A DNA stretch of 63,534 nt, counting the filler. It is 4 parts of 4 records of this genome, joined end to end, with 100 filler letters (N's around TTAATTAATTAA, not from the genome) between each part and the next. Parts side by side here need not be neighbours in the genome. Positions count along the whole stretch, not along the records: positions 10,566 to 24,718 come from SRR20825010_803; positions 24,819 to 54,703 come from SRR20825010_805; 2 more parts are not named here. One strand, written 5' to 3'. The notes under the pieces were generated by a model. That model saw nothing but the letters and a program-made list of their open reading frames with translations, did no database searches and was not told the DNA's origin. Positions within the stretch are counted from its first letter, which is position 1. Each line of letters starts with the position of its first letter. Position numbers and translations under genes: made by a program. This document shows, one piece after another, positions 16,587 to 28,089 of the stretch.

Positions 16587-19003
16587 AGCCTGTCCCTTTC
16601 ATCCGTATCTTTGGATTTGTAGTTGTCCCTTATCTTCATATTGCCAAAGTTGTACCTAAACCCAAGTGAAAATACCCTCCCGTCCGGTTTATAAATAGAT
16701 GTATTATCCTGATTACCGTATTTACGGGTGTTTGTTAGTTTAAACTGCTTGAGAATATCGGAAAGGCCCATAGTTATGGTTCCTTTTTTGCCCCAAATAT
16801 TCTTTTTCACGGAGATCCCCCATTCATTGTAGTATTCCTGTCTCGAATTGCCAATTATGATAGGGGAAACATAACTGTAATTAAGGCTGGCCGTTAAAGA
16901 TCGGTCTTCCAGCAGAATAAAATTGTTATTCAATTGAACCAAGAGCGTCCACTGTCCCTGGTCCAAGCTTTGTTGCGATAGAATATCGGTAAAACGCTCC
17001 GCCCCATAGTAATAGGAAGATAGGAAATAAGTGTCCCAGAAATTGGATATCTCCTTCCTATAAATGAAATCCAAGCCATAGGCCAACTCCCTATCAACAT
17101 TATCCGTAATAAATCTTAACAGATTGCTTTCATTGTCCTGAAAGGTCAACAAACGCATAATATTCCGGTGATATCTATAAAAAAGTTCAAAGGTGTAATC
17201 CCTATCATAGGTATATGATAAAATCACTGAATTCTTAAAGGAAGGCTGCAGATTTACATTGCCCTCCACCACGGAATTATTACTTTGAAATACCTGAAAA
17301 GGATTAATCTTATTATAGCTGGGCCTGATGATGCTTCTTTTGTAACTGGCCCCCAATCTATGCTTTACATTGGGGTTAAATTGTAAAAATAGTGTAGGGA
17401 ACAATTCCAAATAATGATTTTTAATCTTGTCCGTGCTTAAACTAAAATCCCCTTTTGTATCCGTATATTCCGCTCTTAGCCCAGATTTGAACGTCCAATT
17501 ATTCCATTTTGCATCGAAACTGGCGTAGCCGGCAAGAATTGCTTCATCGTAAAAAAATGTTCCCTCCTCCGTAGACTCAATGCCTTCCTGATCCCGGTCA
17601 AAACCTTCCTGGGCAATATAACTTTCAGAATCTATTAGTGCATACTTTATTCCCGATTCAAAATTGGCACCCTCCCCAACGGGAGAGACAAAATCTGCCT
17701 GCGCACTGTACAAATCGGTGTGCTGCCTATTGAAGGTATTAAAATTGTTCTCCCCAACTATGGCCCGGTTACCATCGTAAAAATCGGTTTCCAATTCCTG
17801 GTCTTTATCATAATCATAATGGGTGTAATGGACATTCACCGCCAGATTGGAGCCTTGGTCGTTAAAGTTGTGCTTATAATCCAAATAGAACGCAGCGTTG
17901 ATCGATTCAAATTTGCCATTGTTCAAGGTGTAAAAACCTGAAGTACTGCCATCATTGGCGTCCAAAATTTGAGTGTCGGACAAATCCCTTGTCAAATAAG
18001 AGGGTGTTAATGTGGCAATGGAAGAAAAACTGATGGTATTATTGTCGTCAAAAGCATAATCCACAAAGGCACTGGTATTGTGCTTTTTACTTCTATAGAT
18101 GACCTCCAGATCTGAAGTCCAGGTATCCCTAATCTGGCCATCCTCAATAAAATTGGTGATATCCGTATAATTTGTTAATATCTTGTTTTGAGAATAACTA
18201 TAATTAAAAGAGGCTTCCAATTGCTTGCTCTTAAAAAAGTGTCCAGTACCAAACATTTGCCGTGGAAATACTGCCTGACTATATTTATTATATATGGCTC
18301 CGTTATAGCCTGCAATTAAATTCTTTTTCATTTTAATATTGATCAAGGTCCCACCTTCGGCATCATATTTTGCTGGGGGTGTTGTTATCACCTCAATAGA
18401 CTGTACCCCTTTTGCCGAAGTACCACTTAATAGATTAAGAATATCTTCCGGCGGAAGGTTCACTTTCTTATCGTTGATCATTATTTGAACCCCGCTCTCC
18501 CCTTTCACCTTAATCTCATCGTTCATAACAAATACGGTTGGAGTACTCTTGAGAACATCCCATAAGTCCGAATCTGAAAGCGCCGTGTTCTCAATATTAA
18601 AGACCAAGCGATCTACCTTTTGTTCCAATGTTGGTTTTTGGGAGACTACGACCACCTCATTCAATTCCTGGCCTTTATCATCTATAAAGAGAGGCCCTAT
18701 GTCCAAATCGGAATTTACCTCTACCAATTTATAATTGGAATAGCTTCCTATATAACTGGCACGCATTAAATATTGGTTGCCGATTATATTATCAAAAGAA
18801 AAAAAGCCTTTTTCATCGGATGCAGCACCTTTAAAAAAACTGGTATCGGATACTTTATAAAGTAGTATATTTGCAAAAGCTAACTCGGTACCATCTGTTT
18901 GCTTAACATGGCCTGAAACCTTGTATTCCTGCCCCACCAACGGGATGCAAACTAGGAGAAAGAATAGGGGCGAAACCTTTAACATTGTCACAAACAGTGG
19001 CAT
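16583..19003 (-). CDS. Outer-membrane beta-barrel protein (TonB-dependent-receptor-like, carboxypeptidase-regulatory-like N-terminal domain)
   Basis: Signal peptide, LNEVVV, IEVITTPPAKYDAEG plug motif, GNVNLQP, FRYNFG near C-terminus; start uncertain (19003 or 18985). Confidence 0.85.
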   Translation of the reverse strand: MPLFVTMLKVSPLFFLLVCIPLVGQEYKVSGHVKQTDGTELAFANILLYKVSDTSFFKGAASDEKGFFSFDNIIGNQYLMRASYIGSYSNYKLVEVNSDLDIGPLFIDDKGQELNEVVVVSQKPTLEQKVDRLVFNIENTALSDSDLWDVLKSTPTVFVMNDEIKVKGESGVQIMINDKKVNLPPEDILNLLSGTSAKGVQSIEVITTPPAKYDAEGGTLINIKMKKNLIAGYNGAIYNKYSQAVFPRQMFGTGHFFKSKQLEASFNYSYSQNKILTNYTDITNFIEDGQIRDTWTSDLEVIYRSKKHNTSAFVDYAFDDNNTISFSSIATLTPSYLTRDLSDTQILDANDGSTSGFYTLNNGKFESINAAFYLDYKHNFNDQGSNLAVNVHYTHYDYDKDQELETDFYDGNRAIVGENNFNTFNRQHTDLYSAQADFVSPVGEGANFESGIKYALIDSESYIAQEGFDRDQEGIESTEEGTFFYDEAILAGYASFDAKWNNWTFKSGLRAEYTDTKGDFSLSTDKIKNHYLELFPTLFLQFNPNVKHRLGASYKRSIIRPSYNKINPFQVFQSNNSVVEGNVNLQPSFKNSVILSYTYDRDYTFELFYRYHRNIMRLLTFQDNESNLLRFITDNVDRELAYGLDFIYRKEISNFWDTYFLSSYYYGAERFTDILSQQSLDQGQWTLLVQLNNNFILLEDRSLTASLNYSYVSPIIIGNSRQEYYNEWGISVKKNIWGKKGTITMGLSDILKQFKLTNTRKYGNQDNTSIYKPDGRVFSLGFRYNFGNMKIRDNYKSKDTDERDRL

Positions 19004-19194
19004 ATCCGTTATAAAAATTTTTAAAGTTAACTTTTTCTTAACTACTAGCAATATTTTCTTTACTTTTTGTAGTAAAAAACCGCAATTTTAACTTCTGCCC
19101 AATTTAAATACCACCATTAATTTTAATTTTTGTAATATACTTTTGGATGGAATAGGCCTAAGAGATTTTTACATTAATAATCGTGGATAAAGCC

Positions 19195-19202
19195 TATCTT
19201 TG
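19195..19202 (+). promoter_or_regulatory. Bacteroidetes housekeeping -7 promoter element upstream of lepA
   Basis: TATCTTTG matches the TAnnTTTG consensus. Confidence 0.5.
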
Positions 19203-19325
19203 CATTTGGTTTGATTTGCATTAGCATTAAATAGAATGCCGATCATGGGAAAAGGAATACTGAAACGCCTTGGTGTGGAACAAATACTCCAAGATTAAAT
19301 TCAGTACAAGTAAATCTAAGCATAG

Positions 19326-21122
19326 ATGAAAAACATAAGGAATTTCTGCATTATTGCACATATTGATCACGGCAAGAGTACTTTGGCCGATAGGTTATTG
19401 GACTTTACTGGTTCAGTAACGGAAAGGGAAAAGCAGGACCAGCTATTGGATAGTATGGATCTTGAACGAGAGCGTGGGATCACCATTAAGAGCCATGCCA
19501 TACAAATGGATTATGAGCACGAGGGCGAAAAATATGTACTCAATCTTATAGATACCCCGGGACACGTGGATTTTTCCTATGAAGTATCGCGTTCCATAGC
19601 AGCCTGTGAGGGTGCCTTATTGGTAGTGGACGCAGCGCAGAGCATACAGGCACAGACCATTTCAAATCTTTACTTGGCTTTGGAGAACGATCTGGAAATT
19701 ATTCCTGTATTGAACAAAGTAGACCTTCCCAGTGCGAACCCCGAAGAAGTTACCGATGATATTGTTGATCTATTGGGTTGTAAACCAGAGGACGTTATCC
19801 CGGCAAGTGCTAAATCGGGCCTAGGGATCCAAGAAATTCTGACTGCCATTATAGAACGTATACCTGCCCCCAAGGGCAATCCCGATGAATCCCTACAGGC
19901 TTTGGTATTCGACTCCGTATACAATCCATTCAGGGGGGTAGAAACCTATTTTAGGGTCATTAACGGGGAAATAAAAAAGGGTCAAAAAATAAAATTCGTC
20001 GCCACCGATAAAAACTATTACGCTGATGAGGTGGGTACCCTAAAACTGGTACAACATCCCAAACAAAGTATAAAGGCCGGAGATGTTGGCTATCTCATTA
20101 CTGGTATAAAAGATGCCAGGGAAGTAAAAGTAGGGGACACCATAACAGATGCTGCGAGCCCTACCAAGAACCCAATTGGTGGTTTTGAAGATGTTAAGCC
20201 CATGGTATTCGCCGGTATCTATCCTGTAGATACGGAAGATTATGAAGAACTGCGCTCCTCCATGGAAAAATTGCAATTAAATGATGCTTCTTTGGTATTT
20301 ACACCGGAAAGCAGTGCAGCCCTTGGGTTTGGTTTTCGTTGTGGTTTCTTGGGAATGCTGCACATGGAAATCATCCAAGAACGTTTGGAACGGGAGTTCG
20401 ACATGACGGTGATCACCACCGTACCCAACGTAAGCTACCATGCGTTTACCCGTAAGAATCCGGAAGAGCCCATTATAGTGAATAATCCATCCGATCTACC
20501 GGATCCATCTACCTTAGATCACGTAGAAGAACCGTACATAAAGGCAACGATTATCACCAAAGCCGATTTTGTTGGGAATGTTATGTCCTTATGTATTGAT
20601 AAAAGAGGACAGATTACCAATCAAACCTATTTGACTACAGAAAGGGTAGAGTTGAATTTTGATATGCCCTTAGCAGAAATTGTATTCGATTTTTATGATA
20701 GGCTAAAAACAGTTTCCAAAGGATATGCCTCCTTTGATTATGCACCAATTGGTATGCGCACCTCCAAATTGGTAAGGGTAGACATATTGCTCAACGCACA
20801 ACCTGTAGATGCCCTGTCCGCCTTAATACATGCAGACAACGCTGCCAACATTGGAAAAAAAATGTGCGAAAAGCTTCGCGAACTGATCCCAAGGCAACAA
20901 TTTGATATTCCAATCCAAGCTGCAATAGGGGCCAAAATTATTTCCAGGGAAACTATTAAAGCCTTAAGAAAGGATGTAACCGCCAAATGTTATGGAGGTG
21001 ATATCTCTCGAAAGAGAAAATTGTTGGAAAAGCAAAAGAAGGGTAAAAAACGTATGCGTCAGGTTGGAAACGTAGAAATACCCCAGCAGGCATTTATGGC
21101 TGTTCTTAAGCTGAACGATTAA
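19326..21122 (+). CDS. lepA: Elongation factor 4 (LepA)
   Basis: [40 protein letters not shown]. Confidence 0.98.
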   Translation: MKNIRNFCIIAHIDHGKSTLADRLLDFTGSVTEREKQDQLLDSMDLERERGITIKSHAIQMDYEHEGEKYVLNLIDTPGHVDFSYEVSRSIAACEGALLVVDAAQSIQAQTISNLYLALENDLEIIPVLNKVDLPSANPEEVTDDIVDLLGCKPEDVIPASAKSGLGIQEILTAIIERIPAPKGNPDESLQALVFDSVYNPFRGVETYFRVINGEIKKGQKIKFVATDKNYYADEVGTLKLVQHPKQSIKAGDVGYLITGIKDAREVKVGDTITDAASPTKNPIGGFEDVKPMVFAGIYPVDTEDYEELRSSMEKLQLNDASLVFTPESSAALGFGFRCGFLGMLHMEIIQERLEREFDMTVITTVPNVSYHAFTRKNPEEPIIVNNPSDLPDPSTLDHVEEPYIKATIITKADFVGNVMSLCIDKRGQITNQTYLTTERVELNFDMPLAEIVFDFYDRLKTVSKGYASFDYAPIGMRTSKLVRVDILLNAQPVDALSALIHADNAANIGKKMCEKLRELIPRQQFDIPIQAAIGAKIISRETIKALRKDVTAKCYGGDISRKRKLLEKQKKGKKRMRQVGNVEIPQQAFMAVLKLND

Positions 21123-21227
21123 AAAAAGGAACGTCCTTAACGTCTAAAACAGGGTGTATAAAGAGGGTGTAGTACCTTGGGTCACCGCTCCAATTAGTTA
21201 TCCATAGCCCTTCACAACAGGCTAGGA

Positions 21228-22694
21228 CTATCCAGCGGTTTCCCTCTTCCGTCTTACCAATAACAATCCTAAAATAGTAAGCCCGGCATTGACGGCTATA
21301 TTGATGAATCCAAAGTCGAAATTAAAGGATTGGGCAAAGTAGACACTCAATAAATAGGTAAGTACTGGAGCCATAACACATATAAGGGGCACCCATTTGT
21401 CCTTAACTGCAATCTTGGTAAACATCCCCAACATATAAAGACCAAGTAGCGGGCCATAGGTATACCCAGCTACTTTGAATATAAGCGATACCACATCTCC
21501 CCTACTGTTGGCGAATAACATAATTATTAGAAATAGCACCCCTGAAAAACCGAGTAGCACCCAGTTCTTAAGCCTTTTTTTATCAGCACTGGATTTATGT
21601 GAAATATCCAAAAAATCATAGGTAAAAGAAGTGGTTAGGGCAGTCAGGGAAGAATCCACACTGGAAAATGACGCGGCTATTATTCCCAATAAAAAACTGA
21701 TTCCCGCAAAAACACCGAGATGGTTCAATGCTAGATCGGGAAACAGGTTGTCCGTATCCAAAAGCGCACCGTTTTCGCCAACGGCCAAAGCAATACCATT
21801 ATTCTCCGCATAAATATATAATAGGATTCCCAATCCCAAAAACAGGAATTGGGTTATGGCCAAAATTAAACTGTAGGTCAAAGTGTTCTTTTGTGCATCC
21901 CATTGATTCTTACAGGTCAATGTTTTTTGCATCATGTTCTGATCCAAACCTATCATGGCAATGGCCACAAGAATACCGGCAATAAACTGTTTGAAAAAAT
22001 TATTGCTCGATTTGTTTTCCCAATTAAACACTTCAAAATACTTATGTTCCGTAACCTGTTGTATGGCCCCTGAAAACGACAGATTTAAGGAGGTAGTGAT
22101 GGTATAGATCGTAATTATGGCACCAAGGACCAAGAAGGTCGTTTGCAAGGTATCTGTCCAAACAATGGTCTTTATTCCGGACTTATTGGTATACAGCCAA
22201 ACCAACAGCAAGATGATGATAACCGTTATGGGAAATGGAATATTCAGCTTGTCAAATAATGCAAATTGAAGAATTTTTGAGGCCAACAATAGCCTAAGTG
22301 CAGCTCCAAATGATTGTGAAACCAAAAAGAACAACGACCCCGTCTTATAAGTTTTTACGCCATAACGTTGATCCAAATAGCCATAAATGGAAACCAACCT
22401 TAATCTATAGTACAACGGAATCAGGACAAAGGTAATGAAGAGATAGCCTACGACATTCCCTAGAATAAATTGGTAGAAATAGAAATTGTTATTGCCTACC
22501 ATTCCAGGAAGCGATACAAAGGTTACTCCTGAAAGTCCGGCGCCCACCATTCCAAAGGCCACTAAAAACCAGGGCGATTGCCGGTCCCCTGTAAAATAAG
22601 ACTCGTCACTTCTATTTCTTGAAGTGAAATACGAAATGGTCATTAACAAAACAAAATAAATGGAAATGATCGCTAAAACTAGAAGTGGATTCAA
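21228..22694 (-). CDS. Sodium:solute symporter family protein
   Basis: YFTGDR…SGVTFVSLPG, IVWTDTLQ, GLDQNMMQK; many TMs. Confidence 0.9.
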   Translation of the reverse strand: MNPLLVLAIISIYFVLLMTISYFTSRNRSDESYFTGDRQSPWFLVAFGMVGAGLSGVTFVSLPGMVGNNNFYFYQFILGNVVGYLFITFVLIPLYYRLRLVSIYGYLDQRYGVKTYKTGSLFFLVSQSFGAALRLLLASKILQFALFDKLNIPFPITVIIILLLVWLYTNKSGIKTIVWTDTLQTTFLVLGAIITIYTITTSLNLSFSGAIQQVTEHKYFEVFNWENKSSNNFFKQFIAGILVAIAMIGLDQNMMQKTLTCKNQWDAQKNTLTYSLILAITQFLFLGLGILLYIYAENNGIALAVGENGALLDTDNLFPDLALNHLGVFAGISFLLGIIAASFSSVDSSLTALTTSFTYDFLDISHKSSADKKRLKNWVLLGFSGVLFLIIMLFANSRGDVVSLIFKVAGYTYGPLLGLYMLGMFTKIAVKDKWVPLICVMAPVLTYLLSVYFAQSFNFDFGFINIAVNAGLTILGLLLVRRKRETAG

Positions 22695-22804
22695 TACAGA
22701 CGGATTAAATTATAACTTAAAGTATTCTTTCTATTGGTACTATTTAACTTTTGATTATTGATGGGCCATTTTGGCTACATGCCCAAGTATTGCCACCTGG
22801 CCAC

Positions 22805-24655
22805 TTAAATTTTCTGTTTTTTAACAGGCTTGTCAGCCTCCAATAACTTTCCAAGGTACACCAACTTACAGCCTTCTTTAATATCTTCAAAATTTTTGCT
22901 AAACGAAGAAATAATTTTTAGGTCCCCGTCCAAGGTCTTGATAAAAATTGGAACAATATCCTTATCCGCTTTAGTAATTTCTATGAGGCCCTCATAATGT
23001 TCCTTGCCCTTTAATTCTATTTCATGAATTACAGGATTACTCCTAGCGGCTTCGGTCAGGGTAATAAAATCATCTGTATGGGAAAAAAGACCTTCCATTG
23101 GGTTATTTTCCGGGTCGTTCATCTCATCCGAATTTACCAGTCTAAATGAACCTTGTTCCCCAAACTGTTTCTTGAAAGTTTCTATGGCGTATTCGTTGAT
23201 ATCCGAATTACCGGTCAATGCCATTAAATATCCTACATCGTTCAATTCAATATTATCTGTTAGGGCATCGGAATAAATGTTGGCTACAAAGGCTTCCAGA
23301 CCAATATTTTTGGCCTTTTCTATATTGTTTTGGTTATTGTCTATCAATACCACGTGTCTATTATTCTTCTTGAGATAACTGGCTATGAGTCTGGGCACCT
23401 TGGAGGCACCTATAATTAGAATACCTTCGGACTTTTCCAAGAATACCCCAAGCAATTTGGCCATGAACCTGGCGGTGGATGCATTGAGGAGTACGGTTCC
23501 CAAAACGATCATAAAGACCAATGGTGTAATATATTCCGCTCCCGGTTCCCCGCGCAAAATTAATTTGGAACCAAATAGTGAGGCAATCCCTGCAGCAACG
23601 ATCCCCCTGGGACCAACCCAGCTGATAAACAATTTTTCCCTAAAATTAAGATTGGACCCCATGGTACTCAAAAATACCCCCATAGGTCTTACCACAAAAA
23701 CCACAATAGCAAAAAGTATTAGTGTATTGGGGCTGTACAACAATTCCAGCTCGGGTAAATTCATACTTGCCGAAAGCAAAATGAAAAGCATAGATATTAA
23801 AAGTATACTAAGGGACTCCTTAAAATAGAGCAACTCCTTAATATTGGGCAGTTGGGTATTTCCCATAACCATTCCCATAACCACAACGGCAAGTAGCCCC
23901 GATTCATGTGCAAAAAGTTCAGAAATAACAAAAACCGAAAGTACTACGGATAAGGATACCACATTTAACAAATAATGAGGTACGTAATTCTTTTTTATAG
24001 CCAAGGTCAAAGCATGTGCAAAAGAGAAACCAAAGCTGAAACCTAATAATAGTACCTTTACAAATTCCAAAAGGCCGGTCTGTGTATATCCTTGACCTTC
24101 CCCGATACTGATAAACTCAAAGACCAATACCGCTACAAGGGCACCAATGGGATCGATCAAAATACCCTCCCATTTCAAAACCGCGGACAGATCTTTTTTC
24201 AAAGGAATATTTCTAAGGATAGGGGTAATTACAGTTGGGCCTGTAACAATTATGAGTGCCGAGAACAAAAAGGAGATTTGCCAAGGCAAATCAAAAATAA
24301 AATGTGCTGCTGTACCTGCTAAAAAAAAGGTAACTGCACTACCCAAGGTAATCAACTTGGTAATAACCGGTCCCACTCTAGTTACCTCGGAACGCTTAAG
24401 GGTAAGTCCGCCCTCAAATAATATAACACCTATAGCAAGGGATACAAAATGGTAAAGGCTCTCCCCTAAAAACAAACCCTCGCTCTTGTTCCAAATAGGT
24501 CTTATTAATTTAGTGCCGTCCTCTGTAAACAAAGTAGATATAGGCCCTACCAACAAACCTATAAGGATAAGTGGCAAAATGGCCGGTAATTTAAAGCGCC
24601 ATGCCACCCACTGTGCAATGATACCAAGAACAATTATTCCCGCTAGTTCTACCAT
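22805..24655 (-). CDS. Cation:proton antiporter (CPA1) with C-terminal TrkA-N-like domain
   Basis: ILFEGGL, VTGPTV, WEGILIDPIG, GPRGIVAA. Confidence 0.9.
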   Translation of the reverse strand: MVELAGIIVLGIIAQWVAWRFKLPAILPLILIGLLVGPISTLFTEDGTKLIRPIWNKSEGLFLGESLYHFVSLAIGVILFEGGLTLKRSEVTRVGPVITKLITLGSAVTFFLAGTAAHFIFDLPWQISFLFSALIIVTGPTVITPILRNIPLKKDLSAVLKWEGILIDPIGALVAVLVFEFISIGEGQGYTQTGLLEFVKVLLLGFSFGFSFAHALTLAIKKNYVPHYLLNVVSLSVVLSVFVISELFAHESGLLAVVVMGMVMGNTQLPNIKELLYFKESLSILLISMLFILLSASMNLPELELLYSPNTLILFAIVVFVVRPMGVFLSTMGSNLNFREKLFISWVGPRGIVAAGIASLFGSKLILRGEPGAEYITPLVFMIVLGTVLLNASTARFMAKLLGVFLEKSEGILIIGASKVPRLIASYLKKNNRHVVLIDNNQNNIEKAKNIGLEAFVANIYSDALTDNIELNDVGYLMALTGNSDINEYAIETFKKQFGEQGSFRLVNSDEMNDPENNPMEGLFSHTDDFITLTEAARSNPVIHEIELKGKEHYEGLIEITKADKDIVPIFIKTLDGDLKIISSFSKNFEDIKEGCKLVYLGKLLEADKPVKKQKI

Positions 24656-24718
24656 AAAAAAATTTGAAGCAAGATAAGTTTTAATATAGAAAAAATCCAT
24701 CTAAGCTAAAAAAAACTT

Positions 24719-24818
24719 NNNNNNNNNNNNNNNNNNNNNNNNNNNNNNNNNNNNNNNNNNNNTTAATTAATTAANNNNNNNNNNNNNNNNNNNNNNNNNN
24801 NNNNNNNNNNNNNNNNNN
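24719..24818. other. Artificial contig spacer
   Basis: N run with TTAATTAATTAA. Confidence 0.98.
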
Positions 24819-27800
24819 ATTACAGATATCGACAATGCGTATTATAAAGGTAATATTGTACTCAAGGATTTTAACCTTGGGAAAATTTCAAAAACAACTT
24901 CACTTGGCAAAATGACGGCCAACCTTGACTTTGATGGCCGTGGATTAAATAAAAATACCGTAAATGCAGAAATTTCAGGCGCGGTTTCTTCTTTTAATTT
25001 TGAAGGATATAACTATCAAAACATAGAGGTCTCAGGGGTTTTAAAAAACCCTCTTTTTAATGGAGAACTTTCTATAAATGACCCAAATTTAAAACTAAAT
25101 TTTAAAGGTTTAATAAATGCTTCCACAGATACAAATCAATTAGATTTTGAAGCAGATGTAGAATATGCTGAACTTAATAAGTTAAACCTTATAACACGTG
25201 ATAGCATATCAGTTTTTACTGGAAAAGTTGTTGTTGATATGGAAGGGAAAACGATTGATGATGTTGTGGGAACAATTAATTTCAACCAAACTTTCTATCA
25301 AAACGAACGGGATTACTATTATTTTGATGATTTTACAGTTACTTCATCTTTTAACGGGCCTGTACGAACCATAGATATAAATTCTCCAGACATAATAAAT
25401 GGTGCAATTTCAGGCGAGTTTTTAATTGCAGATATCCCCAATCTTTTTCAGAATGGAATAGCTAGTATTTATGCGAATTATATTCCGCAGGAGGTAACTA
25501 CAAACCAGTATATAGATTATGAATTTGTAGTTTATAACAAAATTGTTGATGTTTTCGTACCTCAATTAAAACTTGGTGATAATACTCGAATTAAAGGGTC
25601 GGTTTCTTCTGATGAATCTAAGTTTGAATTAGATTTTCGTTCCCCAGAAATATTGCTTTTTGATAATTATATAAGTAAACTAAATGTTCAGGTAGACAAT
25701 GATAATCCATTATATAACACCTATATAGCTGCAGATTCTGTGTACACTGGTTTTTATAATTTAATAGATCTTAACGTAATAAATAAAACATTAAACGATA
25801 CAATGTATGTACGTTCAGAATTTAAGGGAGGTACAAAAAAAGAAGACCTATTTAACCTTTCTCTTTACCATACAATTAACCCTGCGGGGAAATCTGTTAT
25901 CGGGGTAAAAAAGTCTGATATTAACTATAAAGGTAATGTTTGGTACTTAAATGAAACCAACAACCGTTTGAATAAAGTTGTTTTTGATGATAATTTTAAT
26001 GAAGTTAGAATCGACTCATTGGTACTAAGTCATAATGAGGAATTAATACAAATGGCTGGAGTAATCCGTGATTCCACATATAAAGATTTAAAAGTTCGTT
26101 TTAAAGATGTAAATATTGGAAATATAACTCCCGAAATTGATAGTCTTCGCCTTAAAGGAAATGTGAACGGTAAGTTTGATTTTATGCAAAAAAACGGTGC
26201 GTATTATCCAAATAGTGCCGTGACTATTGATAAAGTGATGATTAATGAAATTCCATTTGGAGATTTAAAATTAAACATAAATGGTAACGAAGATTTAACC
26301 AAATATCAAATCAACACCTCATTAACTAATAACGAGGTAAAATCTATTAATGCCGTTGGTGAAATCGATGTTTCTCCTCAAAATCCACAAATATTATTAA
26401 ATGTAGCACTTAATCAATTTAATATGCAAGCATTTAGCCCATTTGGAGCCGATGTTATTACAGACATTCGTGGGTTAATTTCTGGTAGTGCTAAAGTTTC
26501 AGGAAGCTATAAATCGCCTGATATTTTGGGGCGTTTCACTTTGGAAAACAGTGGATTAAAAATTCCGTATTTAAATACAGATTTTGATATTGAAAATAAT
26601 GCACAAATTATTGTTACAAAGAATAAATTTCAAATAGGCTACACACAAATTATAGATACAAAACACAAAACAGAAGGATTACTTTCGGGTAATGCAACGC
26701 ATACTAATTTCGGCGATTGGGCGCTAAACTTGGTAATAGACGCTCCAGAAAGATTATTAGTTTTAGACACCCCCCCAGATGAAGATGCACTTTATTACGG
26801 GACTGCTTTTATAAGCGGAAGCGCCAAAATTAATGGACCTATTGATGAGTTAGAGATAAATGTAGATGCCACCACTGAAAAAGGAACGAGTTTTAAAATA
26901 CCAATTAGTGAAACGGAATCAATTAGTGATGATTCATTTGTGCATTTTCTTTCACCTAAAGAAAAAGAAGCGCGTATTAACGGCGAGTCTATAGTTGAAG
27001 AAGAAGCAAAAGGACTGACACTTAATTTTGACTTAAACATAAACAAAAACGCTGAAGTTGAAGTTGTTGTAGATAAAGTGAACAACTCTACATTAAAAGG
27101 TCGTGGTGCAGGAATTCTTTTGATTGAAATAAATACTAATGGAAAATTTCAGATGTATGGTGATTTTCAAGTGTTTGAAGGTCAGTACGATTTTCGTTAT
27201 GGAGGTATTATTCAACGAAATATTGAAGTGGTGCCCGGAGGAAATATAACGTGGGATGGTGCTCCTGAAAAAGCGAATCTTAATTTGAGCGCAATGTATA
27301 AAACTAAAGCAAATCCTTCAGTTTTATTAGACAATCCTTCTGCAAATGCTAAAATAGATGTTGATGTTTCTGTAGGATTAAAAGGGGAGCTTGCGCAACC
27401 AGAGTTGTCATTTAATATAGATTTTCCTTCTGCAAGTTCTACATTAAAAAGTGAGTTGCAATACAAGCTTCAAAACCAAGAGCAGATGCAAAATCAAGCA
27501 CTTTTCCTTTTGGCTTCAAACTCTTTTGTAAATGATAATTATGCCGGTTCTAATGCGTTTGCAGGAACTTTGGCAGATAGAGTTTCTGGCTTGGTAAATG
27601 ATCTTTTCTCAGATCAAGATGGAAAATTTAGTGTAGGTTTAGATTACTCTGTGGGCGATAGAACACCAAATCAAGAAACAGCAGACCGTTTAGGGATTAC
27701 ACTTTCTACACAGATTAACGAACGAATTCTAATTAATGGAAAGGTTGGGGTGCCAGTTGGTGGTGCTAATGAAACTGCCGTGGCGGGAGATATTGAAGTG

Positions 27801-28067
27801 CAATGGCTAATTAATGAAGATGGCAGCTTGCGAATGAAATTCTTCAACCGTCAAGCAGATATACAATTTATTGGGGAAGATCAAATTTTTGAACAAGGCG
27901 CAGGTATCTCATATTCTGTAGATTTCAATACTTTTCGCGAACTGTATCAAAAGCTATTTAATAAGAAATTGACCTTGGAGTCTGAACAACCAATCATTCC
28001 ACCTGACAATGATTTTCCTGTTGATTTTAAACCACAGGGAACTAAAAGTGAAGAAGATGGAGAATAA
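24819..28067 (+). CDS. tamB: Translocation/assembly module TamB-like (DUF490) protein, 5' truncated
   Basis: Long beta-rich ORF beginning near the contig edge; C-terminal GGNITWDG…L.G.L..P.L.F and QGAGISYSVDF. Confidence 0.85.
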   Translation: MTDIDNAYYKGNIVLKDFNLGKISKTTSLGKMTANLDFDGRGLNKNTVNAEISGAVSSFNFEGYNYQNIEVSGVLKNPLFNGELSINDPNLKLNFKGLINASTDTNQLDFEADVEYAELNKLNLITRDSISVFTGKVVVDMEGKTIDDVVGTINFNQTFYQNERDYYYFDDFTVTSSFNGPVRTIDINSPDIINGAISGEFLIADIPNLFQNGIASIYANYIPQEVTTNQYIDYEFVVYNKIVDVFVPQLKLGDNTRIKGSVSSDESKFELDFRSPEILLFDNYISKLNVQVDNDNPLYNTYIAADSVYTGFYNLIDLNVINKTLNDTMYVRSEFKGGTKKEDLFNLSLYHTINPAGKSVIGVKKSDINYKGNVWYLNETNNRLNKVVFDDNFNEVRIDSLVLSHNEELIQMAGVIRDSTYKDLKVRFKDVNIGNITPEIDSLRLKGNVNGKFDFMQKNGAYYPNSAVTIDKVMINEIPFGDLKLNINGNEDLTKYQINTSLTNNEVKSINAVGEIDVSPQNPQILLNVALNQFNMQAFSPFGADVITDIRGLISGSAKVSGSYKSPDILGRFTLENSGLKIPYLNTDFDIENNAQIIVTKNKFQIGYTQIIDTKHKTEGLLSGNATHTNFGDWALNLVIDAPERLLVLDTPPDEDALYYGTAFISGSAKINGPIDELEINVDATTEKGTSFKIPISETESISDDSFVHFLSPKEKEARINGESIVEEEAKGLTLNFDLNINKNAEVEVVVDKVNNSTLKGRGAGILLIEINTNGKFQMYGDFQVFEGQYDFRYGGIIQRNIEVVPGGNITWDGAPEKANLNLSAMYKTKANPSVLLDNPSANAKIDVDVSVGLKGELAQPELSFNIDFPSASSTLKSELQYKLQNQEQMQNQALFLLASNSFVNDNYAGSNAFAGTLADRVSGLVNDLFSDQDGKFSVGLDYSVGDRTPNQETADRLGITLSTQINERILINGKVGVPVGGANETAVAGDIEVQWLINEDGSLRMKFFNRQADIQFIGEDQIFEQGAGISYSVDFNTFRELYQKLFNKKLTLESEQPIIPPDNDFPVDFKPQGTKSEEDGE

Positions 28068-28089
28068 TAAAATTTATAAGTTAAGCTTC

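Noticed and set aside
19203-19325. Possible structured leader upstream of lepA
   Set aside because: Only a weak imperfect hairpin (CTTGG…CCAAG); no recognisable RNA family.
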